A DNA stretch of 64,000 nt from Thermoplasmata archaeon. GTDB taxonomy: Archaea; Thermoplasmatota; Thermoplasmata; Sysuiplasmatales; Sysuiplasmataceae. Below, piece after piece: positions 19,395 through 29,700 of the stretch (position 1 is its first letter; every line of letters begins with the position of its first letter). The translations under genes were made by a program, and so were the position numbers. The notes under the pieces are model-generated. The model was not told the DNA's origin and ran no database searches. It worked only from the letters and a program-made list of their open reading frames with translations. The DNA is taken from positions 8,002-72,001 of the forward strand of contig JAKAVR010000001.1 in the NCBI GenBank assembly GCA_021817225.1, read 5' to 3'.

Positions 19395-20003
19395 ATGGTC
19401 GAAGAGGATTTCTCGAAGCTGAAAATCTACGTAATCGACAACGGGGGCCAGTGGACCCACCGCGAATACCGCGTCATAAGGGACCTTGGCGCCATCGTGC
19501 GCATTGTTCCGAACACGGTCCCGGTCAACGAGATATCCGACGCGGACGGGCTGGTGCTCAGCGGCGGTTCCCCGAGCGTTGGCCTTGAACCTGAAAAAAT
19601 GGGCATTTCGTCGCAGTACCTTGACAAGATCGACAGGCCTGTCCTCGGAATCTGCGTCGGCCACCATTTCATAGCATATCACTTCGGCGGTACCACGGGC
19701 CGCGGCAGCAGTTCCGAATTCGGCAAGGCAGATCTGAGTGTTTCGTCACCGGAGGGGATATTGAGCGGTCTTCCTGGAAAGTTCAGGGTGTGGGAGTCCC
19801 ACCAGGACGAGGTGAAGCGTGTCCCTCCGGGCTTCAAAGTTCTCGCAAGCACCGCCGACTGTTCCGTTGAGGCGATGATGTCGGAGAGCAGGCCAATCTT
19901 CAGCCTTCAGTTTCATCCCGAAGTGGACGAGACGGAACACGGTGTTGAAATCTTCAGGAATTTCCTGCGGAAGGTGGCGGAATGGAAATCAAGAAGGAAG
20001 TAG
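19395..20003 (+). CDS. guaAA: GMP synthase, glutamine amidotransferase subunit
   Basis: DNGGQWTH, LSGG, GICVGH, ESHQD, QFHPE. Confidence 0.93.
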   Translation: MVEEDFSKLKIYVIDNGGQWTHREYRVIRDLGAIVRIVPNTVPVNEISDADGLVLSGGSPSVGLEPEKMGISSQYLDKIDRPVLGICVGHHFIAYHFGGTTGRGSSSEFGKADLSVSSPEGILSGLPGKFRVWESHQDEVKRVPPGFKVLASTADCSVEAMMSESRPIFSLQFHPEVDETEHGVEIFRNFLRKVAEWKSRRK

Positions 20004-20227
20004 CTGCCGCAATCGAGGCCACTCTTAACAACAGAAGAAAGGACGAGACATTCGAAAGGGCCCTTGGCAAGTCAATAAGGAAGAGACGCCTTTCCTTTTC
20101 CGATTACGTCGGCGCAATCAGCGAGATAAGAGAAAGGGCAAAGCGTGGCGGGGTGTCCCTGGAGGAGGCTGCCGGCGAGATTGTTTCAGAGGAAGCCGGC
20201 AAGGAGGGCAATGACAAGAAGGACTAG
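19982..20227 (+). CDS. hypothetical protein (81 aa)
   Basis: Overlaps the guaAA end, SD-like GGTGG; no motif. Confidence 0.5.
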   Translation: MEIKKEVAAAIEATLNNRRKDETFERALGKSIRKRRLSFSDYVGAISEIRERAKRGGVSLEEAAGEIVSEEAGKEGNDKKD

Positions 20228-20602
20228 AATCACGACTGCAAGTATCATCATGTATCCCGCAATCTTCCTGTCGCTTCCGAAGATTATGGGGATGGGCCCT
20301 ATGAAAATGACACCCCCGACGCCTTTTCTCACTGCTGTCGCCTGCTCTCGCCTTTCTGCAGAGTGGGGACTTTCCAGGTCAGCATGCTCTTCGATGCCCC
20401 TGCCGAATGAGACTGCAAAAAGGATGAATGCGGCGAAGACAAGAAGCACGGCAATGCCTGCAGCCAGGCCGCTCCCGTATACTACAGGTATGAAAAGGAG
20501 CAGGCCGAAATGAAGCTCACCGAGTCCGACTCCGGCCGCAATGACCGCAGCAGCTGCCGCAAGCATTGAAACGGCACCATACCAGTATGCGCTCCGTCCC
20601 AT
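20186..20602 (-). CDS. DUF131/TIGR00304 family membrane protein
   Basis: GGVIFIGPIPIIFGS signature. Confidence 0.85.
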   Translation of the reverse strand: MGRSAYWYGAVSMLAAAAAVIAAGVGLGELHFGLLLFIPVVYGSGLAAGIAVLLVFAAFILFAVSFGRGIEEHADLESPHSAERREQATAVRKGVGGVIFIGPIPIIFGSDRKIAGYMMILAVVILVLLVIALLAGFL

Positions 20603-20704
20603 GGCTTCATACCACTCCCTTCCACGGTAATGAATGTGCCTGTTTCATTCAGCCCAAATGGGCCGAATGCTTCTCCATTCTTCACCATGCGCCACCTTTC
20701 TCCC

Positions 20705-21217
20705 TCAATCGGAAAGCGCTTTTTCCACGACCTCCCTGATCCTTTTCCAGTGCGAGCCCTTCCAGTAGACCCTGCCGCAGGATGAACACATGTAGAAACT
20801 TTCATTCCTTTCCAGCACACCGTCAGGAACAATCGAACTCACATCTTCCCTTTTCTTTATGTGAAGCGTTCCATTGCACTGGCTGCAGCGCATCCTTTCT
20901 TCCTCAAACCTGAGGTTGAACCTGTGGACTACCAGCCTCAGCTGCTCCTCCGGCCTGATGTCATCGACATAGTAGGCGTTTATCCCTCTCCTTTTGACAA
21001 GCTGCTTGTCGCGTGTCAGTACAATCCTTTTCTCCGATTCGGAGATCCTTGCGATATCACCGTCATCACCCGATTTCACATACAGTGTGTCGCAGCCGAA
21101 TATCCTGAGCCAACCGGCAAGCCTGCCTAGCATGTTGTCAGCTATGAACGCCCTTTCCCCTTCTGCTCTCTCACCATGCCTTCCGGTTCCTTCCGTGTCG
21201 TTTCTTCCGTCTCTCAA
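20705..21217 (-). CDS. Mut7-C RNase domain protein (PIN plus Zn ribbon)
   Basis: FIADNMLGRLAGWLRIFG, LTRD, RCSQCN, CSSCGRVYWKGSHW. Confidence 0.9.
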   Translation of the reverse strand: MRDGRNDTEGTGRHGERAEGERAFIADNMLGRLAGWLRIFGCDTLYVKSGDDGDIARISESEKRIVLTRDKQLVKRRGINAYYVDDIRPEEQLRLVVHRFNLRFEEERMRCSQCNGTLHIKKREDVSSIVPDGVLERNESFYMCSSCGRVYWKGSHWKRIREVVEKALSD

Positions 21218-21855
21218 ACAGATCTCCTTTCATATTCGGAGAGGATTCCCTCGCCAGCCCTTCCCACAGAAACAAGGCTGAACCTGGCGAAGTCGCTCTC
21301 ATCCCTGAACCCTTCTCCGTCAGCCAGCGTTGGTGCATCCCTGCCGCCTATTATCACGGGGGAAGTGTAGACCAACAACCTGTCGACAAGCCCCAGCCTT
21401 GCAAGTTCGAAGATTATCTCACCTCCGCCTTCAACAAGGACAGACCTTATCCCCTCCTTGTAGAGCAGGTTCATTGCCTTCGAAATATCGACCTTCCTTT
21501 CTCCGCACCTCAGCATGACTGCATTTCCTATAATCTTCCTGCAGGAAGATGAAGTGATAATGTATGTCCTTCCTCCCTTCAGGACCTTTGCATCCGCGGG
21601 CGTTCTGCCCCTTGAGTCAAAAACGATCTTTGCGCACTTGCTCCCCTTTCCTTCTCTCCTGCTGGTGAGTGAAGGGTCGTCTGCAAGTATTGTGCCCACG
21701 CCAACGGCAACGGCGTCATGCTCCTCCCTGATTCCCATTACCCTTTCGATATCAGTAGCGTCCGAGATTCCTATCCTTCGCCTGCGGACCGTGGATATTT
21801 TCCCGTCAATCGACGCAGCGCAATTGACCGTAACGGCTGGTCTGTCCAAGGGCAC
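21214..21855 (-). CDS. RibD/Rib7-type pyrimidine reductase (riboflavin biosynthesis)
   Basis: AASIDGKI, VGVGTILADDPSL, LVEGGG, PVIIGG. Confidence 0.88.
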   Translation of the reverse strand: MPLDRPAVTVNCAASIDGKISTVRRRRIGISDATDIERVMGIREEHDAVAVGVGTILADDPSLTSRREGKGSKCAKIVFDSRGRTPADAKVLKGGRTYIITSSSCRKIIGNAVMLRCGERKVDISKAMNLLYKEGIRSVLVEGGGEIIFELARLGLVDRLLVYTSPVIIGGRDAPTLADGEGFRDESDFARFSLVSVGRAGEGILSEYERRSV

Positions 21856-22069
21856 ACCGTATAACCCGAAGAGCAGGTATCCATTTAATCATTCACACCG
21901 CTTTTGTCGTCTGAAGTCTTGTGCCGCATTCCGGTTCCCGCCAGGCATCGTCAGACAATTGTCAGCTTTGCACATAAGGCTTAAGTAAGAATGACAGTAT
22001 AAGTGTAAACGGGATGCACGTGCGCTGTAAGCTACTTTCTATACCGCAGGGTCGCGACTCAATAAACAT

Positions 22070-23989
22070 GTGGAAGCGGGGCGTCATCCTGTGATAACTG
22101 AAACAGTTCTTTTCTTCCAGTTCGGTATCATTATGCTTCTTGCCTTCATTGGCGCCGGGCTTGCCGCCAGGTTCGGCCAGTCGGTCATACTCGGCTACAT
22201 TGCCATCGGTGCGCTGATAGGTCCGTACATGAGCATAACGCTTTTCGGTTTCACATACAATGGACTGATTCAGAACACCGAGACGGTCAGCTACTTCGCC
22301 AAGATGGGACTCATACTTCTCCTCTTCTTTGTCGGGCTTGAGTTTTCTGTGAGCAAGCTCAAGAAGACAAGGACTGCAGCAACCATACTGGCCATCTTTA
22401 ACTTCGGGATCGATATGTTTCTGGGCATACTCCTCGGCGTTTTGATGAGATGGCCCCTGGAGGATTCATTCTTTCTTGCGGCAATAATAGGGACGGGCTC
22501 GTCCGCGGTTGCTGCAAAGACGCTGATGGAGATCGGCAAGCTCACTGCCCCGGAGACAGACTTCATCATAGGCATGAGCGTCGTGGAGGATTTCATCGCG
22601 ATGCTTCTTCTGACTGTTGCCGGTGGTCTCACAATGACCGCCGGCAATGCGCCGGCCAGCCTCTGGGCCCTGCTTTCTGGCATTGGAATCTTCTATATGT
22701 TCTTCCTGCTCCTCGCTGTCTTTGTCATACCCAGGGTGGTGAAGCATCTCGACGTTATACGGAGCGACGAAATGTTCATCCTCTTTGCCCTTGGCATCGT
22801 GTTTATCTCCGCTGCCCTGGCAGATGCGCTTTATGTTCAGTCGCTGATTGGTGCATTCTTTATCGGAATGGTATTCGCCGAAACAAGCATGACAGACAGG
22901 CTGAAGACCAAGCTCATGTCAATGCGTGATGCATTCGTGGCCATATTCTTCGTCTACTTTGGCATGATGATGAATCCGTCGGTGATGATCATGGTGCTGC
23001 CGATGGTTGCTTTCGCCGTTCCGCTGATGCTCCTTTCAGACATCATAATCACAACAAGCGTCGCAATGCTGATTGGTTTCCCTTCAAGGCACGCGTTCTT
23101 TGTGGGAAGCACCTCTGCTTTCAGGGGAGCAGAGTCAATGCTTTTTGCAAGCGTGGGGGGTAGCTCCCTTGGTGTGACTTATGCCGAGCAGCTTTACGCC
23201 ATAGCCGGTCCTTTCTCCCTCATCATGGACCTTGTCGCTCTTCCCGTGCTCAAGAACTCCTCGAAGCTCGTCGTGAAGCTCTCGAAATATGTTCCCGCCT
23301 ACGTCAGATTCTGTTCCCTTCTCATCTCAAGAACGTTCTCGAAACTCGTGATGCCGCAGCCCCTGAAGATTTATGGCGATGCAAAGAGGTCCACACTTCC
23401 CCTCTGGTCCTTCATCATCTCATGTGCTGTCGCAATCTTCGTGAGCTTCCCTTTCAAGTTAATCCCTATCGGCGTGGCACTTGTCTCCGCATACATGTCT
23501 GTGCGTGTCCTGAGAAAGGATCTCAATTCAGCCATCAGCCTGATCAACTATGCAAACATAGGCGTACCGAGCAGCAAGGGAATTCCGGAGATACTGGATA
23601 TGGTCATCAGGCTTGTATCAGGACTCATGGTCACAACTGTCGCTGTAATAGCAGTGTCAGCGGTATACATCCCCGCATCACTGGGGCCGATAGCACTGTA
23701 TGTCCTGCTGATGCTTCATTCAATGAAGTCGAGCTACAGTGCTCTTTCCAGATTTACCCCACTCTCTTCCCGCACAATGGGAAGCAGGGGATTGCCGCGT
23801 CAGGAGAGTGCAGGAGGCTTCGGCATCGAAAGTCCGACTGTCCCATTCCACAACGCTGGTTTCAGGCAGGGTATTTCTCTTGCGTCAAGGCACAGTGACA
23901 AAGGAGGAGTAGGTTACATCATGACAAAACCCAAGGTCCAGAAGGCAAAAGAATTCCATGATGGCATTTTCCCGCCGCCGCTTAAATGA
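22070..23989 (+). CDS. cation:proton antiporter (CPA2/KefB-like) with C-terminal membrane extension
   Basis: GYIAIGALIGP, LLFFVGLEFS, SSAVAAKTL, VVED, GAFFIGM. Confidence 0.85.
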   Translation: MEAGRHPVITETVLFFQFGIIMLLAFIGAGLAARFGQSVILGYIAIGALIGPYMSITLFGFTYNGLIQNTETVSYFAKMGLILLLFFVGLEFSVSKLKKTRTAATILAIFNFGIDMFLGILLGVLMRWPLEDSFFLAAIIGTGSSAVAAKTLMEIGKLTAPETDFIIGMSVVEDFIAMLLLTVAGGLTMTAGNAPASLWALLSGIGIFYMFFLLLAVFVIPRVVKHLDVIRSDEMFILFALGIVFISAALADALYVQSLIGAFFIGMVFAETSMTDRLKTKLMSMRDAFVAIFFVYFGMMMNPSVMIMVLPMVAFAVPLMLLSDIIITTSVAMLIGFPSRHAFFVGSTSAFRGAESMLFASVGGSSLGVTYAEQLYAIAGPFSLIMDLVALPVLKNSSKLVVKLSKYVPAYVRFCSLLISRTFSKLVMPQPLKIYGDAKRSTLPLWSFIISCAVAIFVSFPFKLIPIGVALVSAYMSVRVLRKDLNSAISLINYANIGVPSSKGIPEILDMVIRLVSGLMVTTVAVIAVSAVYIPASLGPIALYVLLMLHSMKSSYSALSRFTPLSSRTMGSRGLPRQESAGGFGIESPTVPFHNAGFRQGISLASRHSDKGGVGYIMTKPKVQKAKEFHDGIFPPPLK

Positions 23990-24041
23990 CTTCAGCCCCT
24001 GCCTGTTCAGGATATTTCCATCTTGCCCGTGCCCCTGACCA

Positions 24042-24440
24042 TTATCGCTTTCCAGCTGAAAAGAGCATCTGCCCGCCTTTTTCTTCCGCCCCTTCACCGG
24101 CGGACTCGTTGTTTCTCCTCACCCAATCAAGAAGCCCGGCGAGGAGGGTCTTCAGTTCATGACCCTTTTCGGTAAGATTGTATTCGACCCGGGGAGGAGT
24201 TTCAGGATATACTCTCCTGACAAGAACTCCTGCTTTTTCAAGCTCCCGCAGCCTGTCAGAAAGACAGGCTGCGCTGATGCCCTCAATCATTCTCTTCAAT
24301 TCGTTGAATCTCAGGTTGTCCTTCAGTCCCATCGCATGTATCACAGGCATTGTCCATTTCTTGCTGATCTGGTTGAAAAACCCAGAGGCGAAGGCGCACT
24401 CCTTCACCGTTCCCTGATCCATTTCCATCTGCGAACTCAA
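24042..24440 (-). CDS. HxlR family winged-helix regulator
   Basis: KKWT, LRFNEL, LSDRLRELE, PPRVEYNLTEKG. Confidence 0.9.
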   Translation of the reverse strand: MSSQMEMDQGTVKECAFASGFFNQISKKWTMPVIHAMGLKDNLRFNELKRMIEGISAACLSDRLRELEKAGVLVRRVYPETPPRVEYNLTEKGHELKTLLAGLLDWVRRNNESAGEGAEEKGGQMLFSAGKR

Positions 24441-24552
24441 GTAAAATCACTTTATCTGGTATAAGTTTCTTATTTGGTATATAAACTGGAGTATTGCCTG
24501 TACACACTATTTTACTTTCTGCATCAATCACTTTTCCATAGAAGGTGTAAGC

Positions 24553-25062
24553 GTGCGTCATGCCATCTTGACCGATGCAGCCCGGATTGCAGCGGTGCAT
24601 ATGGACTGCTTGCGATCGACATATGGAAACACTGTCGATCATGAAGGGCTGTCAGGCTTTTCCCATGAGTCGATAGCCGCAAGATGGAAGGATTGGATAG
24701 GGGAAAAGAAGACAAATATACTCGTGGCCGAGGTGGACAGGGAGAGCAGAGTAGTGGGATACTGCCAGTCAGGGCCCACCAGGGACAGGGACCCGAGATT
24801 CAGTTCTGAGATATACTCGCTTTACATCCTGAAGGAGTACCAGAGGAGAGGGATAGGAAGGGAACTCGTGAAGCTGACAGCGTCGCAGCTCCTCACCGAC
24901 GGTTTCGCTTCTGTCATGACATGGGTGCTGGCCGACAACCCCGCCAGAAAATTCTGCGAATACCTTGGCGGCACGGTGCTGGGAAGCAGGGCGGTGACTG
25001 TTGGAAATTCGGATCTTGAGGAGATCAACTACGGTTGGAGGGATCTGAAGGTTCTGCTCTGA
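24553..25062 (+). CDS. GNAT family N-acetyltransferase
   Basis: EIYSLYI..YQRRGIG, WVLADNPARKF. Confidence 0.88.
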   Translation: MRHAILTDAARIAAVHMDCLRSTYGNTVDHEGLSGFSHESIAARWKDWIGEKKTNILVAEVDRESRVVGYCQSGPTRDRDPRFSSEIYSLYILKEYQRRGIGRELVKLTASQLLTDGFASVMTWVLADNPARKFCEYLGGTVLGSRAVTVGNSDLEEINYGWRDLKVLL

Positions 25063-25073
25063 CCAGTGCGCCT

Positions 25074-26243
25074 TCAGCTGCCGGCAAATTTCATTACCGC
25101 TGGGCTTGCAGACATCCTTTTCACGGCTTCCTCCACCTTCTCCACAGGCTGTGTAACCGCAAACCTGACGTAATTGTCGCCGCGGAGGCCAAACGCGATT
25201 CCAGGGGTAGCCACTATTCCTGAATCGATCATGGCCCGAACCATGTCGGCGCCATTTCCCTTGACACGCAGCCAGAGGTAGAATGTGCCCATGGGCATAC
25301 GTGCATCGAATCCTGCCCCGTCCAGTCCCCCGACCAGGCGCTTCATTCTTCTCTCAAGCTCTTCCGCATTACTGACCAGCTCCTGCGGCCTTTCCCTGCC
25401 AGTGTATTTCGCCAGGGCTTCGGAACCGGCGGCCTGTATGAATTTCGGAATTCCTGAATCGATCTGCGACTTCACCTTCTTAAGCCCGGATATAAGATGT
25501 GCATCACCAGCAGCGAAGCCAATTCTGAAGCCAGTCATGTTGAATGTTTTGCTCAGTGAATGGAACTCAATTATGCCTTCCCTGGAGTGCTTCGTCTGCA
25601 GCACCGAGGGAGGGGGATTATCGCCGAAATATTGCTCGGAGTAGGCGTTGTCATAGCAGAGTATTGAACCTTCTGCATGTGCCGAATCCACAAATCCGTT
25701 GACATCATCCAGGCTGGCGAATGCAGCAGTCGGGTTGTTCGGGTAATTCAGGTAGACAACCTTCAGGCCCCGGTGGAAGGGCAGCTTTGGAAGGAAATTC
25801 TCGTCCATCTCAAGCCTCACGGGCCTTCCATCCGACAGCAGGGCAGCTCCCTGAGCGTACACAGGATATCCCGGGTCCGGTACACCGACCCTTTCTCCCG
25901 GATCCACAAATGCACGGGCGAAATTTGCCAGCCCCTCTTTTGAGCCTATAAGGGCGCATATCTCCCTGTCCGGATCGAGCTTGACGCCGAACCTTACGTC
26001 ATACCACTTTGCAACCGCTTCCCTGAAGTGCCGCTCGCCCTGGCTGGAGGAGTACTGATGTGACCTCTCCTCATCCAGCGCCCTGACAAGTGTATATATG
26101 ACAGACGAAGGGGGCCTGATATCGGGGTCACCTATGCCAAGGGATATGATATCCACACCCTCCCTCCGCTTCTGCTCCTCCATCCTTTCGAGGTCTGCGA
26201 ATATGTACGGCGGTAGATTCTCGACCCTGCTTGCAATCCTCAC
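25074..26243 (-). CDS. dapL: class I PLP aminotransferase, probable LL-diaminopimelate aminotransferase
   Basis: LIGSKEG, NYPNNPT, DNAYSE, HSLSKTFNMTGFRIG; last gene of the dap operon. Confidence 0.75.
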   Translation of the reverse strand: MRIASRVENLPPYIFADLERMEEQKRREGVDIISLGIGDPDIRPPSSVIYTLVRALDEERSHQYSSSQGERHFREAVAKWYDVRFGVKLDPDREICALIGSKEGLANFARAFVDPGERVGVPDPGYPVYAQGAALLSDGRPVRLEMDENFLPKLPFHRGLKVVYLNYPNNPTAAFASLDDVNGFVDSAHAEGSILCYDNAYSEQYFGDNPPPSVLQTKHSREGIIEFHSLSKTFNMTGFRIGFAAGDAHLISGLKKVKSQIDSGIPKFIQAAGSEALAKYTGRERPQELVSNAEELERRMKRLVGGLDGAGFDARMPMGTFYLWLRVKGNGADMVRAMIDSGIVATPGIAFGLRGDNYVRFAVTQPVEKVEEAVKRMSASPAVMKFAGS

Positions 26244-27544
26244 TGCTCATCCCTCATGACTGCGGGCGGAACAATCTGCCTTCTCACAAAATCGGTCATC
26301 GTTTCCCTCTCCCTGGTGAGGTACGCCTTTCCTCCGATTATGAATGCCTCCGCCGGCATTGTCCTTGTGTTGTAGTTGCTTGCCATGGAATATCCGTACG
26401 CTCCCACATTCAGGAATGCAAGCAGGTCCCCCGGGGCGAGGTCCGGCAGCTTCCTGTCCCTTCCCATTATGTCAGTGTTCTCACAAATCTGTCCGGTGAC
26501 ATTTGCGACAATCGTCTTCGCCTCATCCATCTTGCCCGCCGGTAGTATTTCGTGGTATGCTCCGTACAGCGCCGGCCTCAGCAGAGTGTTCATGCCTGCA
26601 TCGCAGCCCACGAAATTCTTTACTGCCTTCTTCACATGAGTGACCGATGCAAGAAGCACTCCCGCATCGCATACGATGTATCTTCCGGGCTCAATGAAAA
26701 GGGCGGGGTCCCCCATTGTCCGGGTGGATGCTATCCTCTCCTCAAATTTCGCGACGACCATCTGGGCCACTTCGTCGATAGGCAGCTCACTCTCCTCCTC
26801 CTGGTAAGGCACACCGAAACCCCCGCCGATGTCAATGAATTCAAACTCTATTCCAAGTCCGGAGGAAATCCTTCCGGCTATGTCCATGAGCCTTTCGGTT
26901 ATTGCAGGGAAGTACTCAGGGTCGAGCACGTTCGAGCCGGACATCATATGCAATCCGAACCGCCTTATCCCCGCTTCCTTTGCCCTTCTGTATGCCCTCA
27001 TCGCCTCCTCCTCCATCATTCCGAACTTTGCGTCCGGACCGGCTGTGACGAGGCCCTCGTACTTGCCCTTCCCGGTGCCCGGGTTTATCCTGAATGACAC
27101 CACCCCGGGCCTTCCGAACCTGAGCAGCCTCTCGAGCAGAGGCCCGTCGTCCAGGTTTATGATGGCGCCAGAATCGAAGCCGTAGCTCAGCTCCTCGTCT
27201 GTGTTGTAATTGCCTGAATAAAGCATCCGGCTGCTTTCGAAGCCGGCCATCCTGGCAAGCATTATCTCAGCTGGACATGAGCAATCAGCTCCCGCACCCT
27301 CGCTTCTCAGTATGCTGAGCGTTGTGAGGTTGTTGTTGGACTTGACTGCAAAGTTCAGCCTGAAATTCTTTCTTCTCCTGTAGAATGCGCTGTGGATTCG
27401 CCTGTAGTTTTCCCTTATCCTTCTTTCCGAGTAGGCGTAGAGAGGGGTGCCAAACATCGAGGCGAGCTCTTCCGCAGCAATACCGTCAATAAACATCTTC
27501 CCTTTTCTGTTCTCAATACAGTCTGCAAACATCAACATAGGCAA
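26240..27544 (-). CDS. lysA: diaminopimelate decarboxylase
   Basis: FGTPLY, FAVKSN, KFG, DIGGG, EPGRY, GQICENTD, GAYG.SMASNYN. Confidence 0.93.
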   Translation of the reverse strand: MPMLMFADCIENRKGKMFIDGIAAEELASMFGTPLYAYSERRIRENYRRIHSAFYRRRKNFRLNFAVKSNNNLTTLSILRSEGAGADCSCPAEIMLARMAGFESSRMLYSGNYNTDEELSYGFDSGAIINLDDGPLLERLLRFGRPGVVSFRINPGTGKGKYEGLVTAGPDAKFGMMEEEAMRAYRRAKEAGIRRFGLHMMSGSNVLDPEYFPAITERLMDIAGRISSGLGIEFEFIDIGGGFGVPYQEEESELPIDEVAQMVVAKFEERIASTRTMGDPALFIEPGRYIVCDAGVLLASVTHVKKAVKNFVGCDAGMNTLLRPALYGAYHEILPAGKMDEAKTIVANVTGQICENTDIMGRDRKLPDLAPGDLLAFLNVGAYGYSMASNYNTRTMPAEAFIIGGKAYLTRERETMTDFVRRQIVPPAVMRDEQ

Positions 27545-27561
27545 CGCACCAGCCAGATTGC

Positions 27562-28332
27562 TTAAGCACTTATCAGGTCCGAGAGCGAATACAGGCCATT
27601 CTCGTTCCTGTGTTCAGCCACCCATTCGATAGAGCGGACGATGCCGTCAACAAAGGCAAGGCTGCCCATCGTCGTATGCCTCAGTTCTATTTCCTCGTTT
27701 GGCGCCTCGGCCAGTATCCTGTGTTCCGAACCACCACCCTTACCCGCCCTTACGGAAAGGATCTCCAGCGCAGCCGCATTTCTTGCCCCCGGAGTCAGTT
27801 TTATCGTGAGACCGCCGTAGCGCTCGGAAATCCTTGCTGCCAGATCCTTCGCTGTTCCGCTTGGCGCGTCCTTCTTTGATGAGTTGTGCCTCTCCACTAT
27901 TGAGATGTCGAACAGATCCGGCAGCGGAAACACAAGTTCCACTATTCTTCTGAGAACAGCGATTCCCACCGAGAAATTGCTTTCAAGAACGACAGGTATT
28001 CTTTCTGCAGCCTGTCTTATTGCCTGCAGCTGCGATTCACTGTGACCTGTGGCGGCAATGACGACCGGTGAGCCGGATGCCGCTGCCCTGCCGATTATGG
28101 ACGATGTACCTTCCGGGCTGGAGCAGTCCACAACCACCCTGCCCTCAAGTACGCCTTTGAGCCTGTCTGCGTGAAGCAGGGGCACTTTCCCGTCCTGCAA
28201 GCTGGCCGTTCCGATCGGCGTGCCCCTCGACACTATGCCCGCGGCGACGGTCATGCTCCCGGGCAGGTTTCGCGCAACAGAAGACCCAAGCCTTCCCGCG
28301 AGGCCCACGACGACCAGTTCAGTTCTCTTCAT
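27562..28332 (-). CDS. dapB: 4-hydroxy-tetrahydrodipicolinate reductase
   Basis: GLAGRLG, NFSVG, ERHNSSKKDAPSGTA. Confidence 0.88.
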   Translation of the reverse strand: MKRTELVVVGLAGRLGSSVARNLPGSMTVAAGIVSRGTPIGTASLQDGKVPLLHADRLKGVLEGRVVVDCSSPEGTSSIIGRAAASGSPVVIAATGHSESQLQAIRQAAERIPVVLESNFSVGIAVLRRIVELVFPLPDLFDISIVERHNSSKKDAPSGTAKDLAARISERYGGLTIKLTPGARNAAALEILSVRAGKGGGSEHRILAEAPNEEIELRHTTMGSLAFVDGIVRSIEWVAEHRNENGLYSLSDLISA

Positions 28333-29356
28333 AGCAGAGTCCCTCGAGAACTTCAGCGCTGTCCAGCCTTTGCCCGATGTCAACGTCGAAAGCATCCTCG
28401 ACCGGTTTCAGCAGTTCAGGATTCTGCTCAAGCGTCTTCCTCGCAGTCTCGACAATCTTCATCAGGCCCGTCGTTGTCATTCTGCCCAGAGGCCTTCTGC
28501 ATCCTCCCGACGGCATCCCGAAGAGGCTCATGATCGTCTTCACAGGCAGTGGATTCCTGAACCTCAGCAGCGTCTGCCCGTATCTGCACTGATGAGTGGT
28601 CTTGACCGTCACAAGATCGAACCAGGGTGAGAGAATCGGTGCAAGACTCTCCGCCCTTTCCCTGTCCCCGGACCTTATTGCGCCAACCATCTCTGAGACA
28701 TGTCTCGGGAAGACGTTTGACATGACTGAAATGACGCCGTTGGCAGATATCTCTCTGTCCGTCATGACTTCGTGGGTCAATGAATCGTCTCCTGACATTA
28801 TGGAATAATCTTCCCCGCAGAGTCTCCTCGTGAGCTTCATGTTTTCAATATCTCCGGTGGCTTCTTTCACCGTGTCCACCTGGGCATATTCGTCGTGCAG
28901 AATGGCGAGATCCTGCGGAAGAAGGTGTGTCCCTGTCCTTCCTGGAATCACATAGGGGACCAGGTTTGTCCCCGGAACCGCCCTGGCGATAGGCTCGATA
29001 TATTCCTTTCTGATTTCCATTGAACTCGGGCCATTGTAGTACGGTTCAACAAGGAGTATCGAACTGTAGCCGAGCTCCGAAGCGAGCTTGCTCGCCTCAA
29101 GCGCTTCATCGAAGTTGTTCTTGCCGCAGCTTGCCATTGCGCCGACATGGCCATTGCAGACATCACGGAAGGCAGGAAGCAGTTTCACATACTCATCATG
29201 GCTGAGAGCGGGTGTCTCTCCCGTGGTGCCTGCAACAAGCAGGCCGTCAATTCCATTCTCAATCTGGTAGCTGACCAGCCTTTCCATTCCTTCGGCATCC
29301 ACCGAACCGTCTTTGCGAAATGGGGTGATCATTGCAGTGTAAGTCCCAGCGAGCAT
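28319..29356 (-). CDS. dapA: 4-hydroxy-tetrahydrodipicolinate synthase (long variant)
   Basis: TAMITPF, GTTGE, PYYN, PGRTG, KEATGD, SGDD. Confidence 0.88.
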   Translation of the reverse strand: MLAGTYTAMITPFRKDGSVDAEGMERLVSYQIENGIDGLLVAGTTGETPALSHDEYVKLLPAFRDVCNGHVGAMASCGKNNFDEALEASKLASELGYSSILLVEPYYNGPSSMEIRKEYIEPIARAVPGTNLVPYVIPGRTGTHLLPQDLAILHDEYAQVDTVKEATGDIENMKLTRRLCGEDYSIMSGDDSLTHEVMTDREISANGVISVMSNVFPRHVSEMVGAIRSGDRERAESLAPILSPWFDLVTVKTTHQCRYGQTLLRFRNPLPVKTIMSLFGMPSGGCRRPLGRMTTTGLMKIVETARKTLEQNPELLKPVEDAFDVDIGQRLDSAEVLEGLCYEEN

Positions 29357-29451
29357 TGTATCGGCCCGTGTAGAAAGACCGCCTATTTAAATGGTTGCTA
29401 TTTCGATACTCGAATTACGAAATTCGTTATAATGTCCGTAACCGCGCCCGG

Positions 29452-29667
29452 TTACTCGTCCCGCTTTCCAGCCGAAAGAGCCTGCAGACACCTTGGACAA
29501 ATGCAGTCATCGGCCATTGTGGACAATCTCTCAAGCGATTCCACTGGCACTTTCACGGATGAGCACCAGCACTTCCTGGCTGAAAGAAAGCCTTCGCATA
29601 TGAACTCCGAACCGCATAGCCCGCATCTGAGGTTTCTTGCCAACGGTATTGCAATGCACGCCGCCAT
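29452..29667 (-). CDS. cysteine-rich CWC family protein
   Basis: CGLCGSEFIC..CWC..CICPRCL. Confidence 0.75.
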   Translation of the reverse strand: MAACIAIPLARNLRCGLCGSEFICEGFLSARKCWCSSVKVPVESLERLSTMADDCICPRCLQALSAGKRDE

Positions 29668-29700
29668 AATCAGCCTGTTGCCTGCGTGCCGCCACTCCCT

